From positions 1-56,566 of IMG/VR virus record IMGVR_UViG_3300045988_014023: a stretch of DNA of 56,566 nucleotides; one strand, written 5' to 3'. Positions within the stretch are counted from its first letter, which is position 1, and each line of letters opens with the position of its first letter. Below the pieces are notes generated by a model. That model did no database searches. It was not told where the DNA came from and saw nothing but the letters and a program-made list of their open reading frames with translations. Of the stretch, positions 1 to 8,322 are shown one piece after another. The position numbers were made by a program, and so were the translations under genes. Source of the DNA: a virus.

Positions 1-23
1 CAGTCCGTACGGGAATCGAACCC
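1..23 (-). other. tRNA 3'-end-like segment; putative attP/att core
   Basis: The reverse complement reads GGGTTCGATTCCCGTACGGACTG: T-loop TTCGATT, 3' T-stem, 7-nt acceptor strand and discriminator. tRNA likeness stops 5' of the T-loop. The integrase gene starts 77 bp away. Confidence 0.5.
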
Positions 24-73
24 TAAAGTAATTGTCTTGAAATGGCTTAAAATAGCCATTCTTTCAATTTTTC

Positions 74-92
74 TTTGAGTACCTTTGAGTAC
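74..92 (+). repeat. Two tandem TTTGAGTAC repeats (10-bp phase); candidate integrase arm-type sites
   Basis: TTTGAGTAC at 74-82 and 84-92. The same TTGAGTAC core occurs twice at 56400-56419, on the other side of the tRNA-like core. Confidence 0.4.
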
Positions 93-99
93 TAGGGAC

Positions 100-1296
100 T
101 CATAATGCTTCGATTAAGTCAAGTTCCTGTCTCTTTTCCTCAATTCCGGTACGATCAAAATAATAATGATCTTTTGTGCAACTAATGTCTGTATGCCCCA
201 TAGTATCAAGAATTGTGGACTCTTTCACTTTTCCGTCAAGAAGAATACTTCCGTATGTCTTTCGGATTTTGTGCGGAGATTTCACTTTCATTCGCAATTC
301 ATGTTCGCAGATATACCGCAAACGTTCACGAAAGTTGTAGGATTTCAAACGCTCTCCGTCTCTCTCGAATAGATATTCCCCGAAGGGATTTCTCTTTCGT
401 ACTTCATCAAGAATCCATTTGTACTTATCCGGCAATATGGCAAATCGCAATCCGGCTTCTGATTTCGGAAAATCTTTGACCTCATAGTGAAAGCCATCAT
501 CATCACGGTAACGAGTCTCTGTAGAATTGATAGCAACCGTGTAGTTTTCAACATCTTTCCGCTTTAATGCCGACAATTCCCCGACACGAACTCCTGTCTT
601 AAACATAAATAGCAATCCAAGGTTCACAATATCCAAGTGATTCCTTAAGTACATCTCCATGCGTTCCTTTTCATCCGGCATATATACTTGGTCTTTTGCC
701 TGCCGAACTACGTGCTTAAATGCTTTTGGCGATATATCCATATCTTTCAGCGTGTATGTAATTGAAAACTTAACATACTTCTTCCGCTTGGCATACTTAA
801 AGATTCCATAAATCAGCGTCCGAAAGTTTGAGAATGCCTTGGAAGTCATGTCGAAATCATGAATGCTGTTTCGTATAAACGTTTCAAGGTCGCATTCGTC
901 TACACTTTTGATTTTCTTATCCTTGATGTCGTCAAAGTATCTCTGAAAGTCCATTAAGTATCTGTCATAGGTTGCCCTGCTGATTTCTTCAAGTTCCAGC
1001 TTTTGTGAAATCCAACGGTTGAAGATTTCCTCTATCGTAGGGTCATCCTCTTTCTCTTTCCAATAATCAATGATTTTCTGCTCGACCGCTTCTCTGCGCT
1101 TTGCCTTGATTTTACGTCTGCCTTTTACTTCATCCGGCAGATATGAGTACCAGTTCTCATCCTTTCCTTGATAGATTTTATAAGGGTTTTTGTTGAGTAA
1201 TTTCTCTCTCTTTTGCATAGTGACTTGTTTCTGCACAAGTGCTATGTCGAGAATACCACTATCAACGGCATATTTCAACAGTTCTTTTTCATCCAA
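100..1296 (-). CDS. int: Tyrosine site-specific integrase
   Basis: 398 aa. C-terminal catalytic signature GVRVGELSAL...HKIRKTYGS...GHTDISCTKDHYY (R, H-x-x-R, H, Y). Adjacent to the tRNA-like core. Confidence 0.9.
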   Translation of the reverse strand: MDEKELLKYAVDSGILDIALVQKQVTMQKREKLLNKNPYKIYQGKDENWYSYLPDEVKGRRKIKAKRREAVEQKIIDYWKEKEDDPTIEEIFNRWISQKLELEEISRATYDRYLMDFQRYFDDIKDKKIKSVDECDLETFIRNSIHDFDMTSKAFSNFRTLIYGIFKYAKRKKYVKFSITYTLKDMDISPKAFKHVVRQAKDQVYMPDEKERMEMYLRNHLDIVNLGLLFMFKTGVRVGELSALKRKDVENYTVAINSTETRYRDDDGFHYEVKDFPKSEAGLRFAILPDKYKWILDEVRKRNPFGEYLFERDGERLKSYNFRERLRYICEHELRMKVKSPHKIRKTYGSILLDGKVKESTILDTMGHTDISCTKDHYYFDRTGIEEKRQELDLIEAL

Positions 1297-1502
1297 TCAA
1301 ATACCCCCGTTCTTTCTATTTTATCCTTTATATCTCTCACTCTGTACTCTATCGTTCTTAGTGATAGATTTTCTTTTGTGGATATTTGCTTTTGTGAAAA
1401 ACCACGGCAGAGAAGAGAGAAAATCCTCTCCTCTTCTTCCGTGAAATTGGCATTTTCTTTAATGTGTTCAAGTTCTGGCTTAATGAATTTTGTAAATTTC
1501 AT
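1275..1502 (-). CDS. Small LuxR/GerE-type (sigma-70 region-4-like) HTH protein
   Basis: 75 aa. EEEERIFSLLCRGFSQKQISTKENLSLRTIEYRVRDIKDKI fits the GerE-type HTH pattern. Overlaps the int start by 22 nt. Confidence 0.6.
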   Translation of the reverse strand: MKFTKFIKPELEHIKENANFTEEEERIFSLLCRGFSQKQISTKENLSLRTIEYRVRDIKDKIERTGVFDWMKKNC

Positions 1503-1576
1503 AAGCCATTTCTCCTTATTTTATTGGTTGATATTTAGATTTTTTAATTTTGGAAATCTGATAATAATTGATAAAA

Positions 1577-2285
1577 CTATTTATTTCTCCATATTTCTTC
1601 ATCAAGAATATATTGTCTGATAAATCTATCTGCGTACTGTGGATGTATCATTGACCTTTGCGTTTTAACTGATAGTCCATCGTCATTTACCCTACTTTTT
1701 GCTATTATTTTCGTTTTTACATAATCAATAGTTTCGAATACTAGATTGTTTTTGGGTTTAAAATTCACAAACCAATATTGTGTCGGCTTTTTTATAGTAA
1801 TCTCCATTTTGTGTTCTATCTTTGTCTACCAGGTCAGGCTTTAAGCACCAATACGATGTAAGATAATGCGGTTGATTATACGGATTTTCTATAACTAATC
1901 TTATTTTTCGCCTTATGCAATTTATGACTAATTTATTAAGTAATCCGTAAAATTCATTCAATGCATCGTGCCTTTTTATTGCACTTTCGCATTTCTTTTC
2001 CAAACTCCAATTTCTTTGTGAATAATTATTACCAGAAAACCATAATTGGCTTTGACATTCAAAATAAGTGCAAGGGAAAAATGCAAATATCAAATCATCA
2101 GTACTTATCTTATCAAACAAACTCGGCTCACCTTGATACCCCATATCAATCTCTTTAAAAAGGTCAATAACATAGTCGGTTTCGTTAAATTCATTCTGAA
2201 TATCATAGTCGTAGGCTTCAATTCCATACTTCTTGAAAGCGTTCTTGAATGTTCCTGACTGTTCAAATAAACAATGTACTATCAT
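1577..2285 (-). pseudogene. DNA (cytosine-5-like) methyltransferase-like gene split by a frame change in an A6 tract
   Basis: The 175-aa ORF has LFEQSGTF (motif I-like), FFPCTYFE (PC motif) and IENP (ENV-like), and ends ...GDYYKKADTILVCEF*. The overlapping ORF reads ...IKKPTQYWFVNF. Removing one A from TATAAAAAAGCC (~1789-1794) fuses the two frames. Confidence 0.5.
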
Positions 2286-2356
2286 TCTAAATCTACCAAA
2301 AGGAAACCTCGGTTTTATGTGCGCACAACCTATTCCTTTCTTTGATTTTTAGTTAG

Positions 2357-2530
2357 TTACTGGGGCTTTCTGCCTGTCTGAAAATACTCGTCATAAGCGT
2401 CAACCGTATCGCGTATTTCAACCATAGCCATATCAAGTGTTACATCTTTTTTATCCAAGGCTCTTTCTGCATAATCTTTAATTCTCATCATTAAAGCCTG
2501 TGCTATTACTATCTCTACATTGTCACTCAT
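2357..2530 (-). CDS. Hypothetical small protein (57 aa)
   Basis: Hand-translated ORF MSDNVEIVIAQALMMRIKDY..., below the track cutoff. It fills the gap in the minus-strand operon. Confidence 0.4.
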   Translation of the reverse strand: MSDNVEIVIAQALMMRIKDYAERALDKKDVTLDMAMVEIRDTVDAYDEYFQTGRKPQ

Positions 2531-2536
2531 TCTGAA

Positions 2537-2812
2537 TCACTCGCTTTCTTTTCTCTTAAAATCTTCACAGGGCACATCAAGCAAACAACCGCATTTTTCG
2601 ATTTCCATCCCTCCCAAATATGTTTTGTATCTGTAAGAGTTTTCACATTTAAAGCAGAAATCCTTACCATTGTTCAATTTGTAACTTGTCTTCTTATCCT
2701 CTAACTTTTTCCCAAGGCTTTCATTTATTCTTTTGAGTTCCTCGACCTTTTTCTGCAATTCCTCAAAATCATCAATGAGTTTATTGTATTCCTTCTTGCT
2801 TAAAATCTTCAT
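2537..2812 (-). CDS. Hypothetical protein (coiled-coil N-terminus, Cys-rich C-terminus)
   Basis: 91-aa ORF with an upstream GGGAG RBS. Packed in the early operon. Confidence 0.5.
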   Translation of the reverse strand: MKILSKKEYNKLIDDFEELQKKVEELKRINESLGKKLEDKKTSYKLNNGKDFCFKCENSYRYKTYLGGMEIEKCGCLLDVPCEDFKRKESE

Positions 2813-3266
2813 TCTGCTTCGCTCCCTTCAACTGTTCCGCTATCTGCTTTACTTGTCTTATGGCATTTTCCCAAGTTGCGCCCTCGGTTGGTAATCCGCT
2901 TGACATAGCCATTCCGGAAAAACGCTCAATGATGTTAGAGGTCAAATCATCAACAGCTTTGTCATAACTATCAATATTAGACTTTCGATATTTAAGCACC
3001 TCATTATTCAGAGCTTCTTTGCCCCAATCTCCGCTATCAAACCATTCAACAGCTTTGAATACAGGACTAAGCGCTTCAAAAAGTGTTTCTATTCGTATAC
3101 TTGCCGACTTGATATACTCAACTAATCTTTGTGTATCTTTAGCCACATCTTCAAAACCTGCACTGTTCAATCTGTCGGCCATATCTTGCAGTAATTCTGT
3201 TGACGAACCATTCATAAGCTCGTCAACATCTTTACAATACAAATAATTCCAACTTCCACCACTCAT
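2781..3266 (-). CDS. Hypothetical protein
   Basis: 161-aa ORF in the operon. No motif recognised. Confidence 0.5.
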   Translation of the reverse strand: MSGGSWNYLYCKDVDELMNGSSTELLQDMADRLNSAGFEDVAKDTQRLVEYIKSASIRIETLFEALSPVFKAVEWFDSGDWGKEALNNEVLKYRKSNIDSYDKAVDDLTSNIIERFSGMAMSSGLPTEGATWENAIRQVKQIAEQLKGAKQNEDFKQEGIQ

Positions 3267-3333
3267 TCGCTCTCACCTACTTTTAATAAATCCATAAACC
3301 TTTAAGTTGCAACCTCGGTTTACCGAGGATTCG

Positions 3334-3609
3334 TTATTCCTTTCCTAAAATCTTCTCTAAGCACACATTAAAGCCTGCCACAAATGCCCTCCCCAGACTC
3401 CCAAATTCATATTTTTCAGATGGAAGTTCTTCCATCTTCTCCGGCAGTTCCCGGAGTGGACACCAATCCGGCTTCTCTCCGTCTGGCAAAAGTTTTCCTG
3501 TCGCACAGCACAGATATTCGTCGTCATTCTCTGTCTCATAGCACAATGCACATTTCTGGCATACCTGTTCTGGCATATCCATAACCAATACTGCTTTAGA
3601 CATCTTCAA
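3334..3609 (-). CDS. Hypothetical Cys-rich protein
   Basis: 91-aa ORF with CxxC pairs (CQKCALC...CC). Confidence 0.5.
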   Translation of the reverse strand: MKMSKAVLVMDMPEQVCQKCALCYETENDDEYLCCATGKLLPDGEKPDWCPLRELPEKMEELPSEKYEFGSLGRAFVAGFNVCLEKILGKE

Positions 3610-3913
3610 ACCTCCTTAATGCTGACTTAGCAATTATATTTTTTATCCATCTTGGCAACATGCATTTCCATATAGGAACTCTAAAATCGTAATCAAATAG
3701 ACAACCACAATCGTCACATTCTCCCTCGTAGCTTCTTGTTTCCCACCCCATAGGGCAGTTTTCACAATCATTGTCATACCAACAGCTTATTTCCGTGTAA
3801 TTCTCCCATTTGCTTGAATTTTCAATAGGTCTGCTATAATGCAATGATGTTATCCGCATATTACCAATGGATTTATCCACTTCAATACGTTTGTGAATTT
3901 TTAATATCCTCAT
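3596..3913 (-). CDS. Hypothetical Cys-rich protein
   Basis: 105-aa ORF with multiple Cys (CENCPMGW...CDDCGC). Confidence 0.5.
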   Translation of the reverse strand: MRILKIHKRIEVDKSIGNMRITSLHYSRPIENSSKWENYTEISCWYDNDCENCPMGWETRSYEGECDDCGCLFDYDFRVPIWKCMLPRWIKNIIAKSALRRFEDV

Positions 3914-3928
3914 AATTCAACACCTCCA

Positions 3929-4579
3929 CTATGTTTTCGGCTTCTCGCACCGCTCAAATTCGATAACCCATACCCACGGATTAGCATCCCAACCGTAGCG
4001 ATTGAGGTCGGATTTCTTGATGGTGGAGTTCCAAAGTTTTTCCCATTCCATCATCACTTCATCACATTGACTGCACTGTTCTTCTGTCCCATAACAGCAC
4101 TGCGAACCGCTTTCTCCGTATGTATTAAGACAATCCCAACAGTCGGAATAAGCTCCCTCTTTTATCGCATCAACCGGCTTCATCTCTTGCAGCCGCTCCA
4201 CCCTGACATCCGTAACCTTTAGCCAGATACGTGCGGCTTCTTTCGGCATGTGGATGGACGGACGGTATATCAGTTTTGATGATTCCTTGAACGTTGGCAA
4301 GTCTGCCAGCTTATCATCAGCCCTGTAAATATATGTTCCCTCTTCATATGCTTCGCTCCATGTTTCTCTCACGTACAGTATATCGTCCGTGTGATACGGT
4401 GCTTTTCTGATACACGGCTCATTTTTTCCGTTATACAACATCAGTCCATCTTTAATATATCCAGTCCATCGTGGATTTTCTCCTGAAAAGAATTTTACAA
4501 GCCGTCTGGTACAGCTCTTTCTTCCGTCCAGAATCGCCCGAACCATCTCGTTATTGAACAAAATCGGTTTAATTGCCAT
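3929..4579 (-). CDS. ASCH-like domain protein
   Basis: 216 aa. The N-terminus KPILFNNEMVRAILDGRKSCTRR matches the phage ASCH/PUA-like N-terminal pattern as I recall it. Confidence 0.5.
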   Translation of the reverse strand: MAIKPILFNNEMVRAILDGRKSCTRRLVKFFSGENPRWTGYIKDGLMLYNGKNEPCIRKAPYHTDDILYVRETWSEAYEEGTYIYRADDKLADLPTFKESSKLIYRPSIHMPKEAARIWLKVTDVRVERLQEMKPVDAIKEGAYSDCWDCLNTYGESGSQCCYGTEEQCSQCDEVMMEWEKLWNSTIKKSDLNRYGWDANPWVWVIEFERCEKPKT

Positions 4580-4589
4580 TTACTCCACC

Positions 4590-4790
4590 TCACTTTCCCA
4601 TCATGTCCGGAGAATCACTCCATGATTTTTCAATTTCTAGTTCTTCGACTTTCGCTTTAAGTTGTTTATTTTCCGCTTTCAGATCTTTGTTTTCCGTCAA
4701 AATCTTTTGCAATTCGCAAGTATTTTTGTACTCACATTTTTCGTCAGCAGAATACTCCGTGCACATTTCACATAATTTTTTACTTGTCAT
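4590..4790 (-). CDS. Hypothetical protein
   Basis: 66-aa ORF with a GGTGGAG RBS. Coiled-coil. Confidence 0.45.
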   Translation of the reverse strand: MTSKKLCEMCTEYSADEKCEYKNTCELQKILTENKDLKAENKQLKAKVEELEIEKSWSDSPDMMGK

Positions 4791-5041
4791 TCTACTCCAC
4801 CGCCTTTCACAATTTTAATTGCGTCTGCAAGCTCCACTACTGGCATCGTTCCAAGTCTTTCTGCTTCATCTGCATTACTGTATGCTTCTAACTGTTCCAC
4901 AACCTTGTCCGGGTCATAGGCGGTCGGCTGCGCATCTATCACGCTCGCCAATGTTGCCAAACTTACTCTCCTAAAATCATCATCAGATTTACTCGCACGC
5001 ATGCAATATTCTTTTAGTGCGTCTGCATCAATCAGTCCCAT
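4787..5041 (-). CDS. Hypothetical protein
   Basis: 84-aa ORF with an AGGAGA RBS and ATGA start/stop overlap with the downstream gene. Confidence 0.5.
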   Translation of the reverse strand: MGLIDADALKEYCMRASKSDDDFRRVSLATLASVIDAQPTAYDPDKVVEQLEAYSNADEAERLGTMPVVELADAIKIVKGGGVE

Positions 5042-5046
5042 CGTTT

Positions 5047-5202
5047 TTATCTCCTTTTTTTCAAATAATCAAAAATCTCATGTCCGATCATTGCTATAAC
5101 TGACAGAACGCAAAAAAGATTGACTCCAAATTTTGTTAGAATATCTAACCTAATGGCTATAAGTATTAGTAGAATGAAATTTATGTACGATTGAAACATC
5201 AT
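5047..5202 (-). CDS. Hypothetical small membrane protein (51 aa)
   Basis: Hand-translated MMFQSYINFILLILIAIRLDILTKFGVNLFCVLSVIAMIGH... Its ATG overlaps the upstream stop (ATGA). Confidence 0.4.
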   Translation of the reverse strand: MMFQSYINFILLILIAIRLDILTKFGVNLFCVLSVIAMIGHEIFDYLKKRR

Positions 5203-5675
5203 TCTTCATCACTCCAATCAAATTCAATTTCTTCTGCACTATCAACGCCTAACTGCTCACACTTCGCTCTGGTAGATGTACCGCCGGAGTGGTTTGTGCC
5301 TAAAAGAAACAGTTCCTGTACAATGCGGAAGTATGATTTTCTAAAACAAAACCTCTCTTCCTTGTCAAGTTCCTCAATCGCATCCTCTCCATGTTGCCAT
5401 CTGTACCACTCTGCAAACTCATTAACCATTTCCTGCATAAGGCTGATACAGCATTCAAGAATGTGTTTTTCATCGTGACTTTCCAATTCCTTGTTGACGT
5501 TCTGTTTCTCCACCGCCGCCCGGCATTCTTCCAACGTGCCGATTGTGCGGTACTGTTGCACCTCTTCCAGTGCCTTAATCAAACATTTCCCCATATCTGA
5601 TTTAGGAAGAATACAAATCATGTCATTATCTCTATTGGCTTTTTTCAGCAATTCGATTGCTTCATTCTCTGTCAT
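5199..5675 (-). CDS. Hypothetical protein
   Basis: Track ORF 5199..5711. Start moved to MTENEAIE (GGAGG RBS), which overlaps the stop of the upstream small ORF. Confidence 0.5.
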   Translation of the reverse strand: MTENEAIELLKKANRDNDMICILPKSDMGKCLIKALEEVQQYRTIGTLEECRAAVEKQNVNKELESHDEKHILECCISLMQEMVNEFAEWYRWQHGEDAIEELDKEERFCFRKSYFRIVQELFLLGTNHSGGTSTRAKCEQLGVDSAEEIEFDWSDEE

Positions 5676-5848
5676 TCCGGCACCTCCGTCAACCCATCCA
5701 AGGCATAGCATCCGGCAAATCCTTCTAATTTAACAACCATCGTTCCACACATGTTGTACGGCTCGCTGACAACCTTAAATACCTTGCCTTTATTCTTCTC
5801 CGATACATAATACTTATCATTCATGGTTACTTTTTTACCTTTAATCAT
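5672..5848 (-). CDS. Hypothetical small protein (58 aa)
   Basis: Hand-translated MIKGKKVTMNDKYYVSEKNKGKVFKVV... ATGA overlap with the yopX-like stop. Confidence 0.4.
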   Translation of the reverse strand: MIKGKKVTMNDKYYVSEKNKGKVFKVVSEPYNMCGTMVVKLEGFAGCYALDGLTEVPE

Positions 5849-6270
5849 TTCTGCACCTCCAACAGTTCCGGATTGTCAAATCTGTTACCATTAACTTCAA
5901 TTGTGCTTCCATAGCATTCTTCAAACTCAGATTTGCGACCGTCTGCATCTTCAACATTCCAACACATATCCTCTTGCTTCCAGATAATCTCGTAAAAAGC
6001 TCTTTCGTCAGAATCCCATACTATATCATGTTCAAACACCAGCTTTTTGTTCTTATCGGGCATTGCGGTGCACTGGCAGACGGTGGCTGGGTCTACCTCG
6101 ACCATGTCCGGGATATCATTGGTCATTCCCCATAGGATATATCTTCTCTCCCAGATACCATATAAATATCCTTGTATCCATTCCCCATTATCAATCCGCT
6201 TTCCACGGGATAAAAATCTATTCTCCATCGCGTTCCACCTTTTTTCCTTTACAAACTCCTCTGTGTTCAT
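5845..6270 (-). CDS. yopX: YopX-family protein
   Basis: 141 aa. RGKRIDNGEWIQGYL and the C-terminal EVNGNRFDNPELLE match the YopX signature (...IGNIxxNPELL). Confidence 0.7.
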   Translation of the reverse strand: MNTEEFVKEKRWNAMENRFLSRGKRIDNGEWIQGYLYGIWERRYILWGMTNDIPDMVEVDPATVCQCTAMPDKNKKLVFEHDIVWDSDERAFYEIIWKQEDMCWNVEDADGRKSEFEECYGSTIEVNGNRFDNPELLEVQK

Positions 6271-6371
6271 GCACGGAGAAAGAAATACTTCCGGTCTGCT
6301 TCATGTAAGTCAATTTTTCTCCGGTCAGCTCACATTTGTGTTTACGTTCGTTTAAATACTGACATCTTCCA

Positions 6372-6803
6372 TCACAATACATCGCTTTCCCTCTCCATTT
6401 CTTTCAGCTTGGCTTTGGCTTCCTCTCTGGTAAGGAATACTGTTATTCCAAGTTCTGTTTTCGAGAAGCCTGCAACATTTTTACAAATCCCTTCAAGCAG
6501 TGTCCAATTAAATTGAATAACGTTGCACGGGTAGATGGTGATTGATTCAATCACAAATTTTGATATTCTTTTTCTTTCTGCATTAATTTCCCAAACGATA
6601 TCTCCAACCTTGCACGGCAACCGCAGAAGTAATCCCAGCTCTTCGGCTTGCTCTCTATTTGCAAGTCTTTCTGCAATCTCTTCCAGGGCTTTGTATCTTC
6701 CATCTTTCGCAAGCTGGGTAATGGTAATTCCCTCATCATCCGGTAAATCTGCTAGATGAAATAAAACTTCTCCATTCTCTGCCACATATGTTAATCTCTC
6801 CAT
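6372..6803 (-). CDS. Hypothetical protein
   Basis: Track ORF 6372..6833. Start trimmed to MERLTYV (GTGAGGA RBS), which abuts the upstream stop. Confidence 0.5.
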   Translation of the reverse strand: MERLTYVAENGEVLFHLADLPDDEGITITQLAKDGRYKALEEIAERLANREQAEELGLLLRLPCKVGDIVWEINAERKRISKFVIESITIYPCNVIQFNWTLLEGICKNVAGFSKTELGITVFLTREEAKAKLKEMERESDVL

Positions 6804-6804
6804 G

Positions 6805-7200
6805 CTATTCCTCACTTTCTGGTAACATAGCATATTTATAGCTACTCATTTTACCGTCGTATGTGCTCCATGACGTTTTTCCGTAATCCCATGTATAAAC
6901 CGTTTCATCTTCATATTTTGCAAAATGTTCTTTGCTCCACGCAAAAAGTTCAGAATCTCTGACCAAAATCGGTGTATCGACTGCAACCTTATTCCAATCA
7001 ACAGGCGGCTCAACATACCCCGAATTAAGCCATTCGCGGAAATTATACGTACTACCTTTGCACGAATCTGATTCATAAAAATCGCACTCTTCACATTTAA
7101 TTTCTTCGCAAATTGCAGGCTTTCCATTTTTTAATCCAAACACGGCTGTGTTTGTCGCAAGTTCTATAATCTCATCTCCGTATTTTTCTTTATTTGTCAT
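6805..7200 (-). CDS. Hypothetical protein
   Basis: Track ORF 6805..7239. Start trimmed to MTNKEKYG (GAGG RBS). Confidence 0.5.
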   Translation of the reverse strand: MTNKEKYGDEIIELATNTAVFGLKNGKPAICEEIKCEECDFYESDSCKGSTYNFREWLNSGYVEPPVDWNKVAVDTPILVRDSELFAWSKEHFAKYEDETVYTWDYGKTSWSTYDGKMSSYKYAMLPESEE

Positions 7201-7204
7201 ATTA

Positions 7205-7804
7205 TTAAACCTCAAAATCACATACAAACTTAATCTCATCAGCTAACGTTTCAGCTATCATAGGAACCGTCAACTGAAACTGCTTGTAATTAGCTAACGT
7301 ATCAATATAATCAACAAACTTATCCAAAAACTCCTGCAGCTGCTTAACAGACAGCTTAAATTCCTTTTTTAGAATCGTAAGCGTGAGTGCAAAATAGTTA
7401 AACAATGACGCGCTGGAAAGTCTGTAGGCTTCTCGCTCGATGCAGAATCCTTTCTTTGCGTACAAGATCATAAGCTGTCTTTGTGGCACACTTCTCACTT
7501 TCTCTTGAACGTCAATCTCATGTTTCTGTTTCAGTATTACGGACAAATCTCTCCCATTCTCACCGCCGGTCGCTGCAATATCTAAATACTGTTTCAATAA
7601 TTCCTGCAATCGCACAATGCGTTTCTGCCCGAATCCGAATTTGTCATGCAAGATAATGTAGCCGATCACGACAAACTCTTTGTATGATTTTGTGATAACC
7701 GCATCAGAATTTCGCTTTTCGAAGCTATTCCTGCCAATAATCTTCGTGTCCTGCTTTGTAAAAAACAGATTTTTATTACTTTTTCTCTTTAATGCATTGC
7801 TCAT
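7205..7804 (-). CDS. Hypothetical protein
   Basis: Track ORF 7205..7897. Start trimmed to MSNALKRK, giving an ATGA overlap with the upstream stop. Confidence 0.5.
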   Translation of the reverse strand: MSNALKRKSNKNLFFTKQDTKIIGRNSFEKRNSDAVITKSYKEFVVIGYIILHDKFGFGQKRIVRLQELLKQYLDIAATGGENGRDLSVILKQKHEIDVQEKVRSVPQRQLMILYAKKGFCIEREAYRLSSASLFNYFALTLTILKKEFKLSVKQLQEFLDKFVDYIDTLANYKQFQLTVPMIAETLADEIKFVCDFEV

Positions 7805-8076
7805 ACCTGCGAATACCTCCGATTCAGATTTTCCCACTGCTTGTACGTCTTTTTCGTAAATGGGTAAATTTTTGATTTCCGAAAGACTCTTTCGCACCGA
7901 TCGCCAAGTATTTGAACATACCAGTTTTTGTATGTTTTATCCTTGGAATTTGCAATTTGACCGATTTGAATATGTCTTGGCAACCCGATCACCGTTCTTA
8001 CCTCGTTGCTTTTCACCCGGTTGTATACCTGCCCTGTTTTGAGATTGACAATCTCATACAATCTTTGTTCCGACAT
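7801..8076 (-). CDS. Hypothetical protein
   Basis: Track ORF 7801..8112. Start trimmed to MSEQRLYE. Confidence 0.45.
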   Translation of the reverse strand: MSEQRLYEIVNLKTGQVYNRVKSNEVRTVIGLPRHIQIGQIANSKDKTYKNWYVQILGDRCERVFRKSKIYPFTKKTYKQWENLNRRYSQV

Positions 8077-8311
8077 TTTTACCCTTTCTGTATGTAATTT
8101 CCAACCATGCAAAGTGGCTTAATACAAGCTGTCTTGCACGCTCCTCGATTTCCATGCCTTTGTACTTGTTTATCAGTTTTTCTCCGGCTTTCATCACTTC
8201 CTGCCACCATGCATCGTCATTATCCGGCGCGTAGTAGTCTTGGATAAGCTTCCAATAATCCATAAATACTTGCCATTCTTCCGAACCCTTTTCGATCTTT
8301 GCACTTGCCAT
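8054..8311 (-). CDS. Hypothetical protein
   Basis: Track ORF 8054..8335. Start trimmed to MASAKIEK (GAGGTAG RBS). Confidence 0.45.
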   Translation of the reverse strand: MASAKIEKGSEEWQVFMDYWKLIQDYYAPDNDDAWWQEVMKAGEKLINKYKGMEIEERARQLVLSHFAWLEITYRKGKNVGTKIV

Positions 8312-8322
8312 AGCTGCTACCT

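Larger units (their letters stand above)
1..99. repeat. Left copy of the exact 99-bp terminal direct repeat (identical to 56468-56566)
   Basis: Read base by base: 1-99 equals 56468-56566. This fits either a circular-genome assembly overlap or attL/attR copies. Confidence 0.95.

Noticed and set aside
1-99. A complete tRNA (for example tRNA-Lys, using the hairpin AATGGCT-ATTTTA-AGCCATT as an anticodon arm) inside the terminal repeat
   Set aside because: Only the T-loop, 3' T-stem and acceptor 3' strand are tRNA-like. The 5' T-stem half does not pair (3/5), there is no D-arm or 5' acceptor strand, and the spacing is wrong.
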